Assembly (NCBI GenBank): GCA_024654445.1
Contig: JANLHP010000022.1
Coordinates: 15,332-79,331, forward strand
Reading direction: 5' to 3'
DNA length: 64,000 nt
DNA from: Candidatus Curtissbacteria bacterium
Lineage (GTDB): Bacteria; Patescibacteriota; Microgenomatia; Curtissbacterales; GWA2-41-24
The notes beneath the pieces are model-generated. The model had not been told where the DNA came from. It ran no database searches and worked only from the letters and a program-made list of their open reading frames with translations. The translations under genes were made by a program, and so were the position numbers. Of this stretch, positions 28,084 through 37,701 are shown piece after piece. Every line of letters begins with the position of its first letter. The first letter of the stretch is position 1.

Positions 28084-30007
28084 TCTTGTCTAAAACTTTT
28101 TTAACTAATTTCGCTATCGAGCCAGAATCTAATTGGTGGTGTTTCAAAACATCCAAATTTTGGCCGCACACGGGAACTTCTTTCAAGCCAAGTGAAATTA
28201 ACTTTTCAGGCCGCACCTTAAGTTTTAAAATCGCAGAAGCAATCATGTCCCCCTGACCCATTTTCAAATAGTGATTATCTATTGTAAAAATTACCGGGAA
28301 TTTTGCAACAACCTTTTTCAGCCAGTTGCTATCAATCTCATTTAGCCAGGGTAAATTATACACGCCAACAGACAAATTTTGAGCAACAACGCTACGGGCA
28401 GCTTTATATGCTTCACTAAGCATCACAGGACCATAAGAAATAATAGCGACATCGTGGCCCTTCAAAATCTCAACTCCACGACCTTTTTGGAGATGATAAT
28501 TTGCACGTAGACTGTAAGGAATTTGACAAGGGACGCTGACGAGCCTTATATAGGTGCTTCCGCTATTTTTTTCGACCGCCCACCTTATGGCGATTCGAGC
28601 CTCTTGCTCACACGAAGGTTCAATGATTGTAAGATTAGGTATGCTTCCGAGAGTTGAAATATCTCTCACACTTTGATGGGAGTGACCGGGACCACCGGGA
28701 ACAAGACCAGCAAGCGACCCAACATAAATAATTTTTGTATTTTCCGTCGCATTGTTGTAAATTTGCTCATTCGGTCTTGTAGATAAAAAACAAGCAAAAG
28801 AGTGAACAACGGGCAACTTCCCTGACAACGCAAGTCCTCCGGCCATAGAAGCCATATGTTGTTCCGCGATTCCGCACTCAATATACCTTTGCGGGAATTT
28901 ATTTTTAAACGGTATAAGTCCGGTGTCTAAAACCAGATCCGCGTCCATGGCTATGATGTTTTTATTTCTTCTTGAAATTTTTACAAGTTCATCCCCATAC
29001 GCTGTAACTAACCTTTGTGGTTTTTCAAAAACAGTTCTTACGGGCAGATCTGTTGTGTCAAATTTAATTGCCTTCAGCCCAAATTTCTCCAGTTTCAAAT
29101 TTATTCTTTTTGCGATTTCCTTTTGCGCACTCAAATAAATTTCAATAGCAGGCGCCCCGCTGTGAAATTTGTAATATCCGTCTTCTCCCACCTTTTCCAT
29201 AAACGAAACACCCTTGCCTTTTACCGTATCGGCAATTAGGATTTGTGGTTTATTCTTGACCTTTGCAAATTTATCAAACACTCTCTTAAGCTGGCCAAAA
29301 TCATGACCGCTGCATCTTTCAACTTCCCAACCAAACGCTTTTAATTTACCTTCTAGGTCTCCAAGATCACTAACGTCTCTAACCCAGGTATCGGATTGGA
29401 TTTTATTGTGGTCGACAATTACCGTGATCTCATTAAATTTTCCGTTTACGGCAGGTTGAAGCGATTCCCAAAAAGCGCCTTCTTGCAATTCTCCATCGCC
29501 ACACATAACGTAAACCTTCCCGGATTTACCGTCCATTCTCCTTGCCTTCACCATTCCCATCGCTTTCGAAACACCCATCCCCAAAGAACCAGTATTTGCA
29601 GCAATATAAGGCGTATTCACATCTGGATGACCTGGAAGGCCATCAACCTCCCTTAATTTATGGATAAAATTAAAAGAAATTCGTTCACTGCCAATCAATA
29701 TACTGTATAGAGCAGGAACGTCGTGACCTTTCGAGGAAAAATAAATATCAAAATTGTTCCTCTGCCATTCGTTTGGAAACTTAAGTTGATGAAGCCACAA
29801 CCAAGTTGCTATATCTATTGAGCTAAAACTGGTTCCGACGTGCCCAGATCCAGCTCTCTCTATCATATAAAGAGTATTTATTCTAAAAATATCAGAAAGT
29901 ATCTGGCAAAAATGTTTGGGATTTTTTACTCGCGATTTTATTCGCTTAATTTCACCTATTGGAGTATATGATAATTTTCTATTATATTTCGAATCCTTTT
30001 TTGGCAT
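28070..30007 (-). CDS. Transketolase-like enzyme (single polypeptide)
   Basis: GSGH, SKGH, GHP, GSLG.G, GDGELQEG, KGKG, GIAEQ, SHQ. Confidence 0.85.
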   Translation of the reverse strand: MPKKDSKYNRKLSYTPIGEIKRIKSRVKNPKHFCQILSDIFRINTLYMIERAGSGHVGTSFSSIDIATWLWLHQLKFPNEWQRNNFDIYFSSKGHDVPALYSILIGSERISFNFIHKLREVDGLPGHPDVNTPYIAANTGSLGMGVSKAMGMVKARRMDGKSGKVYVMCGDGELQEGAFWESLQPAVNGKFNEITVIVDHNKIQSDTWVRDVSDLGDLEGKLKAFGWEVERCSGHDFGQLKRVFDKFAKVKNKPQILIADTVKGKGVSFMEKVGEDGYYKFHSGAPAIEIYLSAQKEIAKRINLKLEKFGLKAIKFDTTDLPVRTVFEKPQRLVTAYGDELVKISRRNKNIIAMDADLVLDTGLIPFKNKFPQRYIECGIAEQHMASMAGGLALSGKLPVVHSFACFLSTRPNEQIYNNATENTKIIYVGSLAGLVPGGPGHSHQSVRDISTLGSIPNLTIIEPSCEQEARIAIRWAVEKNSGSTYIRLVSVPCQIPYSLRANYHLQKGRGVEILKGHDVAIISYGPVMLSEAYKAARSVVAQNLSVGVYNLPWLNEIDSNWLKKVVAKFPVIFTIDNHYLKMGQGDMIASAILKLKVRPEKLISLGLKEVPVCGQNLDVLKHHQLDSGSIAKLVKKVLDKNGKN

Positions 30008-30745
30008 TTACAAGTTATTTTTTAAAACTAGCTCTGCGAGCTGAAAATCAATTTCATTATCTATATCAACAGAACTGTTCTCATCAAGCATCACAAACCT
30101 TATGCGTTTACCAGTTAACAATTTATCTTTCATTAAAGTTTCGTATCTTACGGCAATAACGTCTACATGGGCAAACGCCTGCGGCAAGAGTTGTCTGGCA
30201 ATATTAGAAGGCTCATTAAAACCTGTTAATTCTTTCGGCACAAAAGGTTTTAATTCCACGCCGTCAACACGCCAGAGCTTGTAAGGATGTTTAGGGGCAG
30301 TTTTAATAGTTCTTGCGGAAGTTGCTTTTTTGTCATTTAACAAAAGCTCGATACATGCGTCAATAGAGTCTGTCCTACAAAGTGGAGCAGTAGGGGGGAG
30401 ACGCAAAATAATATTAGGGATCCAACCCTCATTTTTTTCAAGCCATCGAACCGCATGAGTAAGATAGGTAATATCATCCGCCCGATCGCCGGCGTACTTC
30501 TTCGGTCTTAAAAATGGGACCTCGGCCCCATAATTTTTCCCAATTTTTGCGTACTTATGACTATCAGTAGAAAGTACCAAGCGTGTAATATACTTTGATC
30601 TTTTAGCGGCCTCAATAATCCAAGCCATAAGCGGTTTTCCCAAAAGTGGTTTAATGTTTTTATTCGGAATACTTCTCGACCCGCTTCTGGCGCCGACAAC
30701 TCCAAGCACTTTTAAATTTTTGCCTTTAGATATTTTCTGGGTCAT
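30008..30745 (-). CDS. Acylneuraminate cytidylyltransferase (NeuA family)
   Basis: ARSGSRSIPNKNIK, STDS, PFLRP, PTAPL, DID...DF. Confidence 0.88.
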   Translation of the reverse strand: MTQKISKGKNLKVLGVVGARSGSRSIPNKNIKPLLGKPLMAWIIEAAKRSKYITRLVLSTDSHKYAKIGKNYGAEVPFLRPKKYAGDRADDITYLTHAVRWLEKNEGWIPNIILRLPPTAPLCRTDSIDACIELLLNDKKATSARTIKTAPKHPYKLWRVDGVELKPFVPKELTGFNEPSNIARQLLPQAFAHVDVIAVRYETLMKDKLLTGKRIRFVMLDENSSVDIDNEIDFQLAELVLKNNL

Positions 30746-32189
30746 GTTTTATATAAACAGTTTTCCATTCCGAATAAACATCCAGTGCCTCCGTTCCAGG
30801 TTCCCGGAACCCATTGCCGGAATTTTTAAATCCGCCAAAAGGCATGTGAGGCTCGCTACCATGAGTTGGCCCATTTATCGAAATAACACCCGCTTGTATT
30901 TCGCTTCTGAAAACTTCAGCACGATCAATGCTTTTAGTGTGAATTGCAGCAGTCAAACCATAAACTGAATTGTTTGCAAGCTTTAGGGCCTCTGCAAAAT
31001 CTTTCACCCTAAAAAGAATGGTGATGGGCCCAAAAAGCTCGTCTTGCGAAATACTAGCTCTCTCATTCGCGTTTTCAATAATCGTTGGCACCATATAATA
31101 CCCATTTTTATGACTGGAATCGACAAGTCGTAATCCTCCGCATAAAACTCTTACGCCTTCACTTCTAGCCTTCTCTACGGCAAGCAGCATTTGTTCTAGC
31201 TGTCCGCTATTTATAACAGGGCCTAAATCATCACTATCAGAGTTCCCTAATTTCAAATTCTTAGTTTTTACAACCAACATCTTCTTAAACTTTTCATAAA
31301 CATTGTCAAAAACAATAATCCTGCTTCCGGAGGCACACCTTTGGCCTGCATTCGAAAAAGCGGAAAGAACAGCAGCATCGCAGGCTGCGTCAAGGTCAGC
31401 GTCATCGCAAACTACAAAAGGATTTTTTCCTCCAAGCTCAAGACAAACCTTTGCAAGTCTTTCTCCAGCAGTACTTTGAATATACTTTCCGACAGGAACA
31501 GAACCTGTAAAACTTACAAGGTCGACTCGGCTATCCTCAACTAAAGCTACACCGGCTTCCTCACCAAATCCCAGTATTACATTGAAAATACCTAATGGTA
31601 ACCCCGCCTCTTTTAGCACCCTTGCAAACCAAATAGCGGTATATGGGGTATCTTCCGATGGTTTCATAACAGCGGCATTTCCACACAGAAGAGCGGGGTA
31701 AGCCTTCCATGCGACATTAGCAATGGGGGTGTTGGCGGCAACTATGAGGGCGCAAACCCCAATAGGGGAACGTACTGTCATCGCGAAACGATTTAAGACC
31801 GCGCTTGTTGTAGTCCTCCCGTAAAATCTTCGCCCCTCACCGCTTATAAAAAAACCAAGCTCAACTGCAGCCAATACTTCCCCCAAAGCATCTTTCAAAG
31901 ATTTGCCTGTTTCAACAGACACGATCTGCGCAATCTCTTTTCTCCTCTGACCCATAATTACAGTCGCGTTTCTTAAAATTAATGATCTTTCGACAACTGA
32001 AATTTTTCTCCAACCATCAAGTGCCTTTGATGCTACAGTAATAGCCTTATCAACATCCTGACCATTTCCTCTTGCAACATCCGCAATAACTCTTCCAGAA
32101 TCTGGGTTTATCTTTGAAAAAAAACGTTCTGAAGCAGAAGTAATTTCCTTATTACCTACAAAGTGAAAGATTTTCTTGGGATAAACCAT
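30726..32189 (-). CDS. NAD(P)-dependent aldehyde dehydrogenase
   Basis: KPSE, FTGS, ELGGKNP, AGQRCAS, ELFGP, PFGG.K.SG. Confidence 0.92.
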   Translation of the reverse strand: MVYPKKIFHFVGNKEITSASERFFSKINPDSGRVIADVARGNGQDVDKAITVASKALDGWRKISVVERSLILRNATVIMGQRRKEIAQIVSVETGKSLKDALGEVLAAVELGFFISGEGRRFYGRTTTSAVLNRFAMTVRSPIGVCALIVAANTPIANVAWKAYPALLCGNAAVMKPSEDTPYTAIWFARVLKEAGLPLGIFNVILGFGEEAGVALVEDSRVDLVSFTGSVPVGKYIQSTAGERLAKVCLELGGKNPFVVCDDADLDAACDAAVLSAFSNAGQRCASGSRIIVFDNVYEKFKKMLVVKTKNLKLGNSDSDDLGPVINSGQLEQMLLAVEKARSEGVRVLCGGLRLVDSSHKNGYYMVPTIIENANERASISQDELFGPITILFRVKDFAEALKLANNSVYGLTAAIHTKSIDRAEVFRSEIQAGVISINGPTHGSEPHMPFGGFKNSGNGFREPGTEALDVYSEWKTVYIKHDPENI

Positions 32190-32202
32190 ACTTTAAAAAA
32201 GA

Positions 32203-33018
32203 CTATAAAGCGGTAAAGCCACCATCAACTTTAATATTTTCTCCTGTGATGTAACGAGATGCGTCAGAGGCCATAAAAACTAATGGGCCTGCGATATCTT
32301 CACTTCGAGCCATGCGACGCAAGGGAACCCGAGCGTTAAATTTTTTAACAAAACGTCTGTCTTGATTATTGAAAACCCCACCTGGAGAAATCACATTTAC
32401 CCTGACGTTATATTTGCCCCACATCACAGCAACATATTTTGTCAAATTCAAAAGAGCCGCCTTAGAGGGGCCATACATAGGTGGTTTCAAAAATGGAGGA
32501 TCCACATCTATATGATCATAAAAATGTGGATCAGGGGAAACCGAAGCGTACAGCGAACCAACATTAATTATTGATCCTTTTTTTGCCCTCGCCATTTCGC
32601 TTCCAAAAACTTGAATCATTAAAAAAGCGCCGAGGACATTAACTGTCAATATTTTTTCACCTATCTCGTATGGTATATCTTCAAATTTGTATCCCTCCTG
32701 AACTTTCGTCGGAGGTTGGTCAATTCCTGCGTTATTAACAAGAATTAAAGGAAGACCGAACTTTGTCTTGCAATCTAAAAATGCTTTTTCAACTTGTTTT
32801 CTGTTTAAAACGTCTGCCCTTAAAAGACCTAACTTATTGCCATATTCTTCCTGTAGGAGCGAAAAAGTTTTTGGAATCACCGCATATTTCTGATCCACAC
32901 CAACAACTGTTGCCCCAGCTTCCAGAAGGGCCCTCGACCAAACAGGCCCCAAAAGCCCAAGGGCCCCAGTAACAACGGCCACTTTCCCTTCCAGATTAAA
33001 AAGATTAAGAACTGCCAT
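32203..33018 (-). CDS. SDR oxidoreductase
   Basis: TGALGLLG, NNAG, YGPSK, SPGG, VDGG. Confidence 0.88.
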   Translation of the reverse strand: MAVLNLFNLEGKVAVVTGALGLLGPVWSRALLEAGATVVGVDQKYAVIPKTFSLLQEEYGNKLGLLRADVLNRKQVEKAFLDCKTKFGLPLILVNNAGIDQPPTKVQEGYKFEDIPYEIGEKILTVNVLGAFLMIQVFGSEMARAKKGSIINVGSLYASVSPDPHFYDHIDVDPPFLKPPMYGPSKAALLNLTKYVAVMWGKYNVRVNVISPGGVFNNQDRRFVKKFNARVPLRRMARSEDIAGPLVFMASDASRYITGENIKVDGGFTAL

Positions 33019-33511
33019 TTTTAGAAGTGACTATCAAATCGCATATTTCCCTAACCGCACCCAAACCCCCGGCTTTTTGCGTGATGTAAAGAGAAACAGC
33101 CTTTACTTCTTCGTATGCGTCTGAGACGCTAATTGGAAGTCCAACTGCAGTCATACACTCCAGATCATTAATATCATTTCCGACATAAGCAGTATTTTTG
33201 TGTTCTATGTTTAACCTTTTCAATAATTGTTCGAGAGCTAATCTTTTTTCATCTACACCGGTCAAGCATGGTATCTTTAGCTTTCTGCACCTCAACCTAA
33301 CTACAGGATTTTTCTCTTTTGAAATAACCCAGGACAATATCCCTGCCTTGCGTAGCTTAGAAAGGCCGATTCCGTCGCATCTATTACACCTAACCGCCTC
33401 GCTGCCGTCTTCAAATACCCAAACAGTGTTGTCTGTAAAAACGCCATCAAAATCGAAAACTACAAGTTTGACTTCCCGGGCCCTTACACCAACAAGCTGT
33501 CGTTTAGACAT
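33005..33511 (-). CDS. KdsC-family HAD phosphatase (ulosonate-phosphate phosphatase)
   Basis: DFDGVFTD, DG.G, YVGNDIND, GG.GAVRE. Confidence 0.85.
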   Translation of the reverse strand: MSKRQLVGVRAREVKLVVFDFDGVFTDNTVWVFEDGSEAVRCNRCDGIGLSKLRKAGILSWVISKEKNPVVRLRCRKLKIPCLTGVDEKRLALEQLLKRLNIEHKNTAYVGNDINDLECMTAVGLPISVSDAYEEVKAVSLYITQKAGGLGAVREICDLIVTSKNGSS

Positions 33512-34571
33512 ACTCGAGCGTAAGTTCTTGATCAGGTCTCAAATTTACTTTCAATACTTTTCCGTAAAATTCTTCGGCGAGGTAAGGCGGAATACCTGTT
33601 CCAGGGGATTTAAATGCAAGATCGTCCTGTTTTATTTTCTGTCCCGCCAAGAGTTTTCGTGCGGCAACGACACTTTTACCCATTTTTTGCTTGCCCCCTT
33701 CCTCTTCTTCATACGCCTTCTTTATCCCGTCACCTAAAGCCTCTCTAACTCTTTTCAGATCCCTGACCAATTTTTTCATGCCAACGGGTTCCAAAGAAAA
33801 AGCATGATCTGTTCCCCTCATCGATCTGTCAAGCGTGAAATGCTTTTCAATAATTCTCGCTCCCATCGTATAAGCGACGGGGTCAACAGAAATACCATTA
33901 AAATGGTTTGAAAAACCAATAACGATATCTGGGAATTCTCTCCGGTAAGTTTCTATAACTTTTAGGTTCAATAAGTGAGCCGGAGCGGGGTAAACAGCAG
34001 TGCAATGTAGAATTGCTAGTTTTTTATTGTATTTGACAATTGTCTCGTAAGCCCGTCTGACGTCATCAAGTGTGCCCGTTCCCGTACTGACAATCATAGG
34101 TTTTTTAAACTTGGCGACGTATGAAAGTAGGGGAGTATTTGTAATATCGCCTGAAGCTATCTTAAAGCAGTCGACGTCGATGTCTTCGAGAAAGTCAGCG
34201 CTTTTGTGGTCGAATGCCGTCGCGAAAAAAATTAGTCCAAGTTTTTTTGCATGTCTTTTTAAATGGAGATACTGACGTTTACCGAACTCTAGTGCCTGTC
34301 TGTGTAAACCATAAGTCGGACCGAAGGCATTTTCGCTATTATAAGGGGAGTTAAAAAATTTTTGAGTGTATAAAAATCTATTATTTCTCTTTTGAAGTTT
34401 TACCGCATCGACCCCACAGAATTTCGCCATCTCGAACATTCTTTCACAAGTTTCGATGTCTCCTTGATGGTTATTCCCAATTTCTGCAACAACAAAACAA
34501 TCCGAGCCGTCCGAAATTAATCTATCGCCGATCTGTAGTTTTCTGTTTGAGGTTACTGAAGCTTTCGGCAT
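33504..34571 (-). CDS. N-acetylneuraminate synthase family protein (NeuB-like) with SAF domain
   Basis: AEIGNNHQG, AVKLQKR, KIASGD, LHC..YP, IEKHFTLDR, GTDH, KSPGTG. Confidence 0.88.
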   Translation of the reverse strand: MPKASVTSNRKLQIGDRLISDGSDCFVVAEIGNNHQGDIETCERMFEMAKFCGVDAVKLQKRNNRFLYTQKFFNSPYNSENAFGPTYGLHRQALEFGKRQYLHLKRHAKKLGLIFFATAFDHKSADFLEDIDVDCFKIASGDITNTPLLSYVAKFKKPMIVSTGTGTLDDVRRAYETIVKYNKKLAILHCTAVYPAPAHLLNLKVIETYRREFPDIVIGFSNHFNGISVDPVAYTMGARIIEKHFTLDRSMRGTDHAFSLEPVGMKKLVRDLKRVREALGDGIKKAYEEEEGGKQKMGKSVVAARKLLAGQKIKQDDLAFKSPGTGIPPYLAEEFYGKVLKVNLRPDQELTLEYV

Positions 34572-34718
34572 TGAAGTATGAAGTTGTAAACTTTACTTAC
34601 AATAGTACAGAGGCAATTAAAATGCAATATGGCAACTTTATTTAGTCTGTTGATCCTAACAAAAATACAAAAAAGTAATTAAAATTAGTAAATTTGCAAA
34701 AAATAAGTTTTGAAGAAA

Positions 34719-35609
34719 TTAACTAAAATCCCCATCCCAGCGTAAAATAGGCATTTTCGTTCCGAGGTTTTTCTTTATCATAACTACCCTGATTGGGAAC
34801 AATAGAACCCTTAAAAGAGGACTTCTTTCGACACTCGATCTAAACATTCTAAATCTTGACTTTAAATAGTTTTTAATCCGAAATGTATAATAAAACTTAG
34901 CCGAACAATATTGTTTCATCAGTTCATAAGAATCACGCTCTGCAAATTTTGAATTCTTAATTATTGTGCTGTTCGCCTTTACTTTATGCACAAAAAGGTT
35001 AACCCTGCAAAATCTAACTTTCCCTCCTCTCTCTAAGGATTGGAGGGCGTAAGCGACGTCAGAACTTACTCTTGATGGATATAAGCCGATTAAGGGGATG
35101 GAACTTCGCCTCGTTATAAACCCAACTCCGCATGCACCATAATTGAAAAAGTCCTCGTAATTTTTGCCGTATTCAATACCCGGAGGAACATAAACTTGTC
35201 TTATGTTTCTGCCGATCATTTTTGATCCACCGCAGATTAATAGATCGATATCCTTATTTTTTCCCAGAACCTTAATGGCTTTTTCCATCGCCTCCGGATA
35301 AATAATATCGTCGTCGCTTATATTTTTGATATATTTTCCTCTCGCTAGCATGATCCCCTTGTTGAAGGCATGTGTAGGGCTTATATCAGGTTCGGAAATA
35401 TACACATTTACAAGTTTTCTGTATTTTTTCATAAATGCAGCAGGATCAATTTTAGACAAGCTATCAACAACTATTAACTCATCTGATGAGTTCAAAAGCC
35501 CCTCGATATTTTTAAGTATTGCCTCGATCGATTTTCCTCTATTTTTAATTGTCAAAATATAGGAGATTCTTTTTTTTGAGTAGGAATCAAAACTTGGGCG
35601 CCCTTGCAT
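34719..35609 (-). CDS. GT2 glycosyltransferase
   Basis: ISYILT.KNR, IVVDS, SEPD, AFNKG, SDDD. Start set at ATG 35609 because the longer start lies inside the repeat. Confidence 0.8.
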   Translation of the reverse strand: MQGRPSFDSYSKKRISYILTIKNRGKSIEAILKNIEGLLNSSDELIVVDSLSKIDPAAFMKKYRKLVNVYISEPDISPTHAFNKGIMLARGKYIKNISDDDIIYPEAMEKAIKVLGKNKDIDLLICGGSKMIGRNIRQVYVPPGIEYGKNYEDFFNYGACGVGFITRRSSIPLIGLYPSRVSSDVAYALQSLERGGKVRFCRVNLFVHKVKANSTIIKNSKFAERDSYELMKQYCSAKFYYTFRIKNYLKSRFRMFRSSVERSPLLRVLLFPIRVVMIKKNLGTKMPILRWDGDFS

Positions 35610-35617
35610 CAGTGGAA

Positions 35618-35760
35618 ATAAACTACACACGGACTAAAGTCCGTGGTTAGGCCCGGAGTCGAGTCTGACTCGACGAGGACCGCACGGCATTGTATATTTT
35701 GATATTCGCTCATAGATTCACCCTCGTCCGGGTTTAAAAGCCGAGGTTTTCTTGCTCATA
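35618..35760 (-). mobile_element. Non-autonomous palindromic element copy C (best preserved)
   Basis: Perfect hairpins CACGGAC-TAAA-GTCCGTG and GTCGAGT-CTG-ACTCGAC. Minus strand begins TTAT|TATGAGCAAGAA and ends GTAGTTTAT. Confidence 0.75.
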
Positions 35761-35825
35761 ATAATATCAGATCTTACTAGAAATTAAAATTGATTTATGC
35801 AAAAATAGACTTCCTGTCCTCGCTA

Positions 35826-36395
35826 ATGTCCGACCCAGATTTTTTTCATGACATAATCTCAGATCACGTTAAGGTTGTTCTCGAACTGCCAACAGAAGAG
35901 ATTAACGATTTAGCAGCCGACATTCAAGAAACTCTTAGGCGAGGCGGCAAAGTAATTTTCTTTGGTAATGGCGGTTCGGCTACTCAAGCTGCCCATTGGG
36001 CAGAGGAATTTGTCGGAAGATTTGTTAAAAAAAGAAAACCTCTCGCTTGCTTGGCACTTGGAACAAGCTCCGCCAACTTAACAGGAATCGCTAATGATTT
36101 CGGGTTCGATGAGGTATTCGCAAGAGAGTTGGAAGTTTTAGGAAACAAAAAAGACCTAGCAATAGGCGTATCAACATCTGGAAACTCGCCAAATATTTTA
36201 AACGGATTGCAAACTGCTAAGAAAAAGGGAATAAAATCCTGGATATTAACAGGCAAAAGTAAAAACAAAGCAAAAAAATTAGCAGACAAATCTCTTTCGG
36301 TCGCCTCGGACAAAACGGCAAGAATTCAAGAAATTCATGCTCTTGTAATCCACATGGTTTGCGAAAAGATTGACGAAAAAGTAAAAGCAAATTAA
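35826..36395 (+). CDS. gmhA: Sedoheptulose-7-phosphate isomerase
   Basis: GNGGSA, NDFGF..VF.R, STSGNSPN, TARIQEIH. Confidence 0.9.
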   Translation: MSDPDFFHDIISDHVKVVLELPTEEINDLAADIQETLRRGGKVIFFGNGGSATQAAHWAEEFVGRFVKKRKPLACLALGTSSANLTGIANDFGFDEVFARELEVLGNKKDLAIGVSTSGNSPNILNGLQTAKKKGIKSWILTGKSKNKAKKLADKSLSVASDKTARIQEIHALVIHMVCEKIDEKVKAN

Positions 36396-37699
36396 AGCAG
36401 CATCGAAACAGCTCTGTACAGATTTCTCGTCACAACTGTATCTTCCGGCACAGCGTATCGCCCGTCAGATAATCCGTAACCGGTTTCCACTGCAATGAAC
36501 TTCAAGCCTGCTCTCTTTGCGCACTCTGCATCCACAGTCGAATCTCCGATAAAATAGCTCGAATTAAGATCAATATTAAAATCTCTTACAGCCTGTCTTA
36601 TCATCCCAATTTTAGGCTTTCTGCAACTGCAGTTTATTTTCAGTTCTGCCAACTCCCGATAAAAACCTTTTTCCGGATGATGCGGGCAGTAATAAATGGC
36701 ATCCACTTTTATCCCTTCTCGTCCAAGTTCCGTCTCCATTTTTTTATGGATTCTATCTAGCTCTTCCACTCTGATAAAACCTTTTGCGATAGCTGGCTGA
36801 TTAGTGATTACTATCGCTAAAAAATCCGATTTATTAATCTTTTTAATAGCCTGAGCCGTAAATGGGTATAATTTAAAACTGGAAAACCTCACATTATGAG
36901 TCCCATCATGCTCATTTATTGTTCCGTCTCTGTCTAAAAAAATTGCTTTTCTTTTGTTTTTCAAATTTAATCTAGTGATCTTTCCAGAAGAATAGTCCGC
37001 TCTTACCCTTTTAAGCCTTGCGATAGTACCCACATCTTTAAGGTACTCAGGAGTGTTGTAGGCGAAGATCTTACCGCCACTCTTTAATACTGCCTCAAAT
37101 ATATCTTTTTCAAGATCAGATTTCTCCTTCTTCTTAATATATTTAAAGATCTCTGGCGAAAAGATGAAAATACCGGCATTAGTTAAGTTTTTAAACAACA
37201 GGCTTTTCGGATGAACTTTGTCCTTTCTTACCAGAAAAGAAATTACTTGATTGTTGGTGTCAGTCTCGACTAAATCAGAATCAAATGGGTGATCGTTCGG
37301 ATGGACGACAATTGTCGCGACAGAACCTTTATGGGCTTTATGGAATTTAGTCAGGCGATAAAGATCGATATCAAGCATTACATCGCCGGAAAATAAAACA
37401 AAATCATCTTTAACAAGCAATTCGAGTTGTTTCATAGCCCCAGCCGTACCCAGTGGTACCGCTTCTGTTAAATGGTGAATCCTTAACCCCCACCTTTCAC
37501 CGTCTTCGAAGTAATCTTCAATTTGGTCTCCTAAATGGCCTGAAAGAATCCAGAGGTTTTTTACCCCAGATCTTTTTAATAGAAAAATTTGATGCTCAAG
37601 AAGAGGTTTGTTACCAATTTTAATAAGAGGTTTAGGTGTATTGGATGTTAGCCTCCCTAACCTTTCACCCTTACCCCCTGCAAGTATTACAGCATCCAT
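36392..37699 (-). CDS. Fused heptose-1-phosphate guanylyltransferase (HddC-like) / heptose-1,7-bisphosphate phosphatase (GmhB-like)
   Basis: N-terminal LAGGKG.RL..PKP and LGTAG. C-terminal FLDRDGT, TNQP, CPHHP, CRKP, IGD. Confidence 0.88.
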   Translation of the reverse strand: MDAVILAGGKGERLGRLTSNTPKPLIKIGNKPLLEHQIFLLKRSGVKNLWILSGHLGDQIEDYFEDGERWGLRIHHLTEAVPLGTAGAMKQLELLVKDDFVLFSGDVMLDIDLYRLTKFHKAHKGSVATIVVHPNDHPFDSDLVETDTNNQVISFLVRKDKVHPKSLLFKNLTNAGIFIFSPEIFKYIKKKEKSDLEKDIFEAVLKSGGKIFAYNTPEYLKDVGTIARLKRVRADYSSGKITRLNLKNKRKAIFLDRDGTINEHDGTHNVRFSSFKLYPFTAQAIKKINKSDFLAIVITNQPAIAKGFIRVEELDRIHKKMETELGREGIKVDAIYYCPHHPEKGFYRELAELKINCSCRKPKIGMIRQAVRDFNIDLNSSYFIGDSTVDAECAKRAGLKFIAVETGYGLSDGRYAVPEDTVVTRNLYRAVSMLL

Positions 37700-37701
37700 G
37701 T

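Noticed and set aside
29195-29225. Nucleotide match to about 45175-45205
   Set aside because: Reflects the conserved KGKGVSFME motif shared by the two transketolases, not a mobile repeat.
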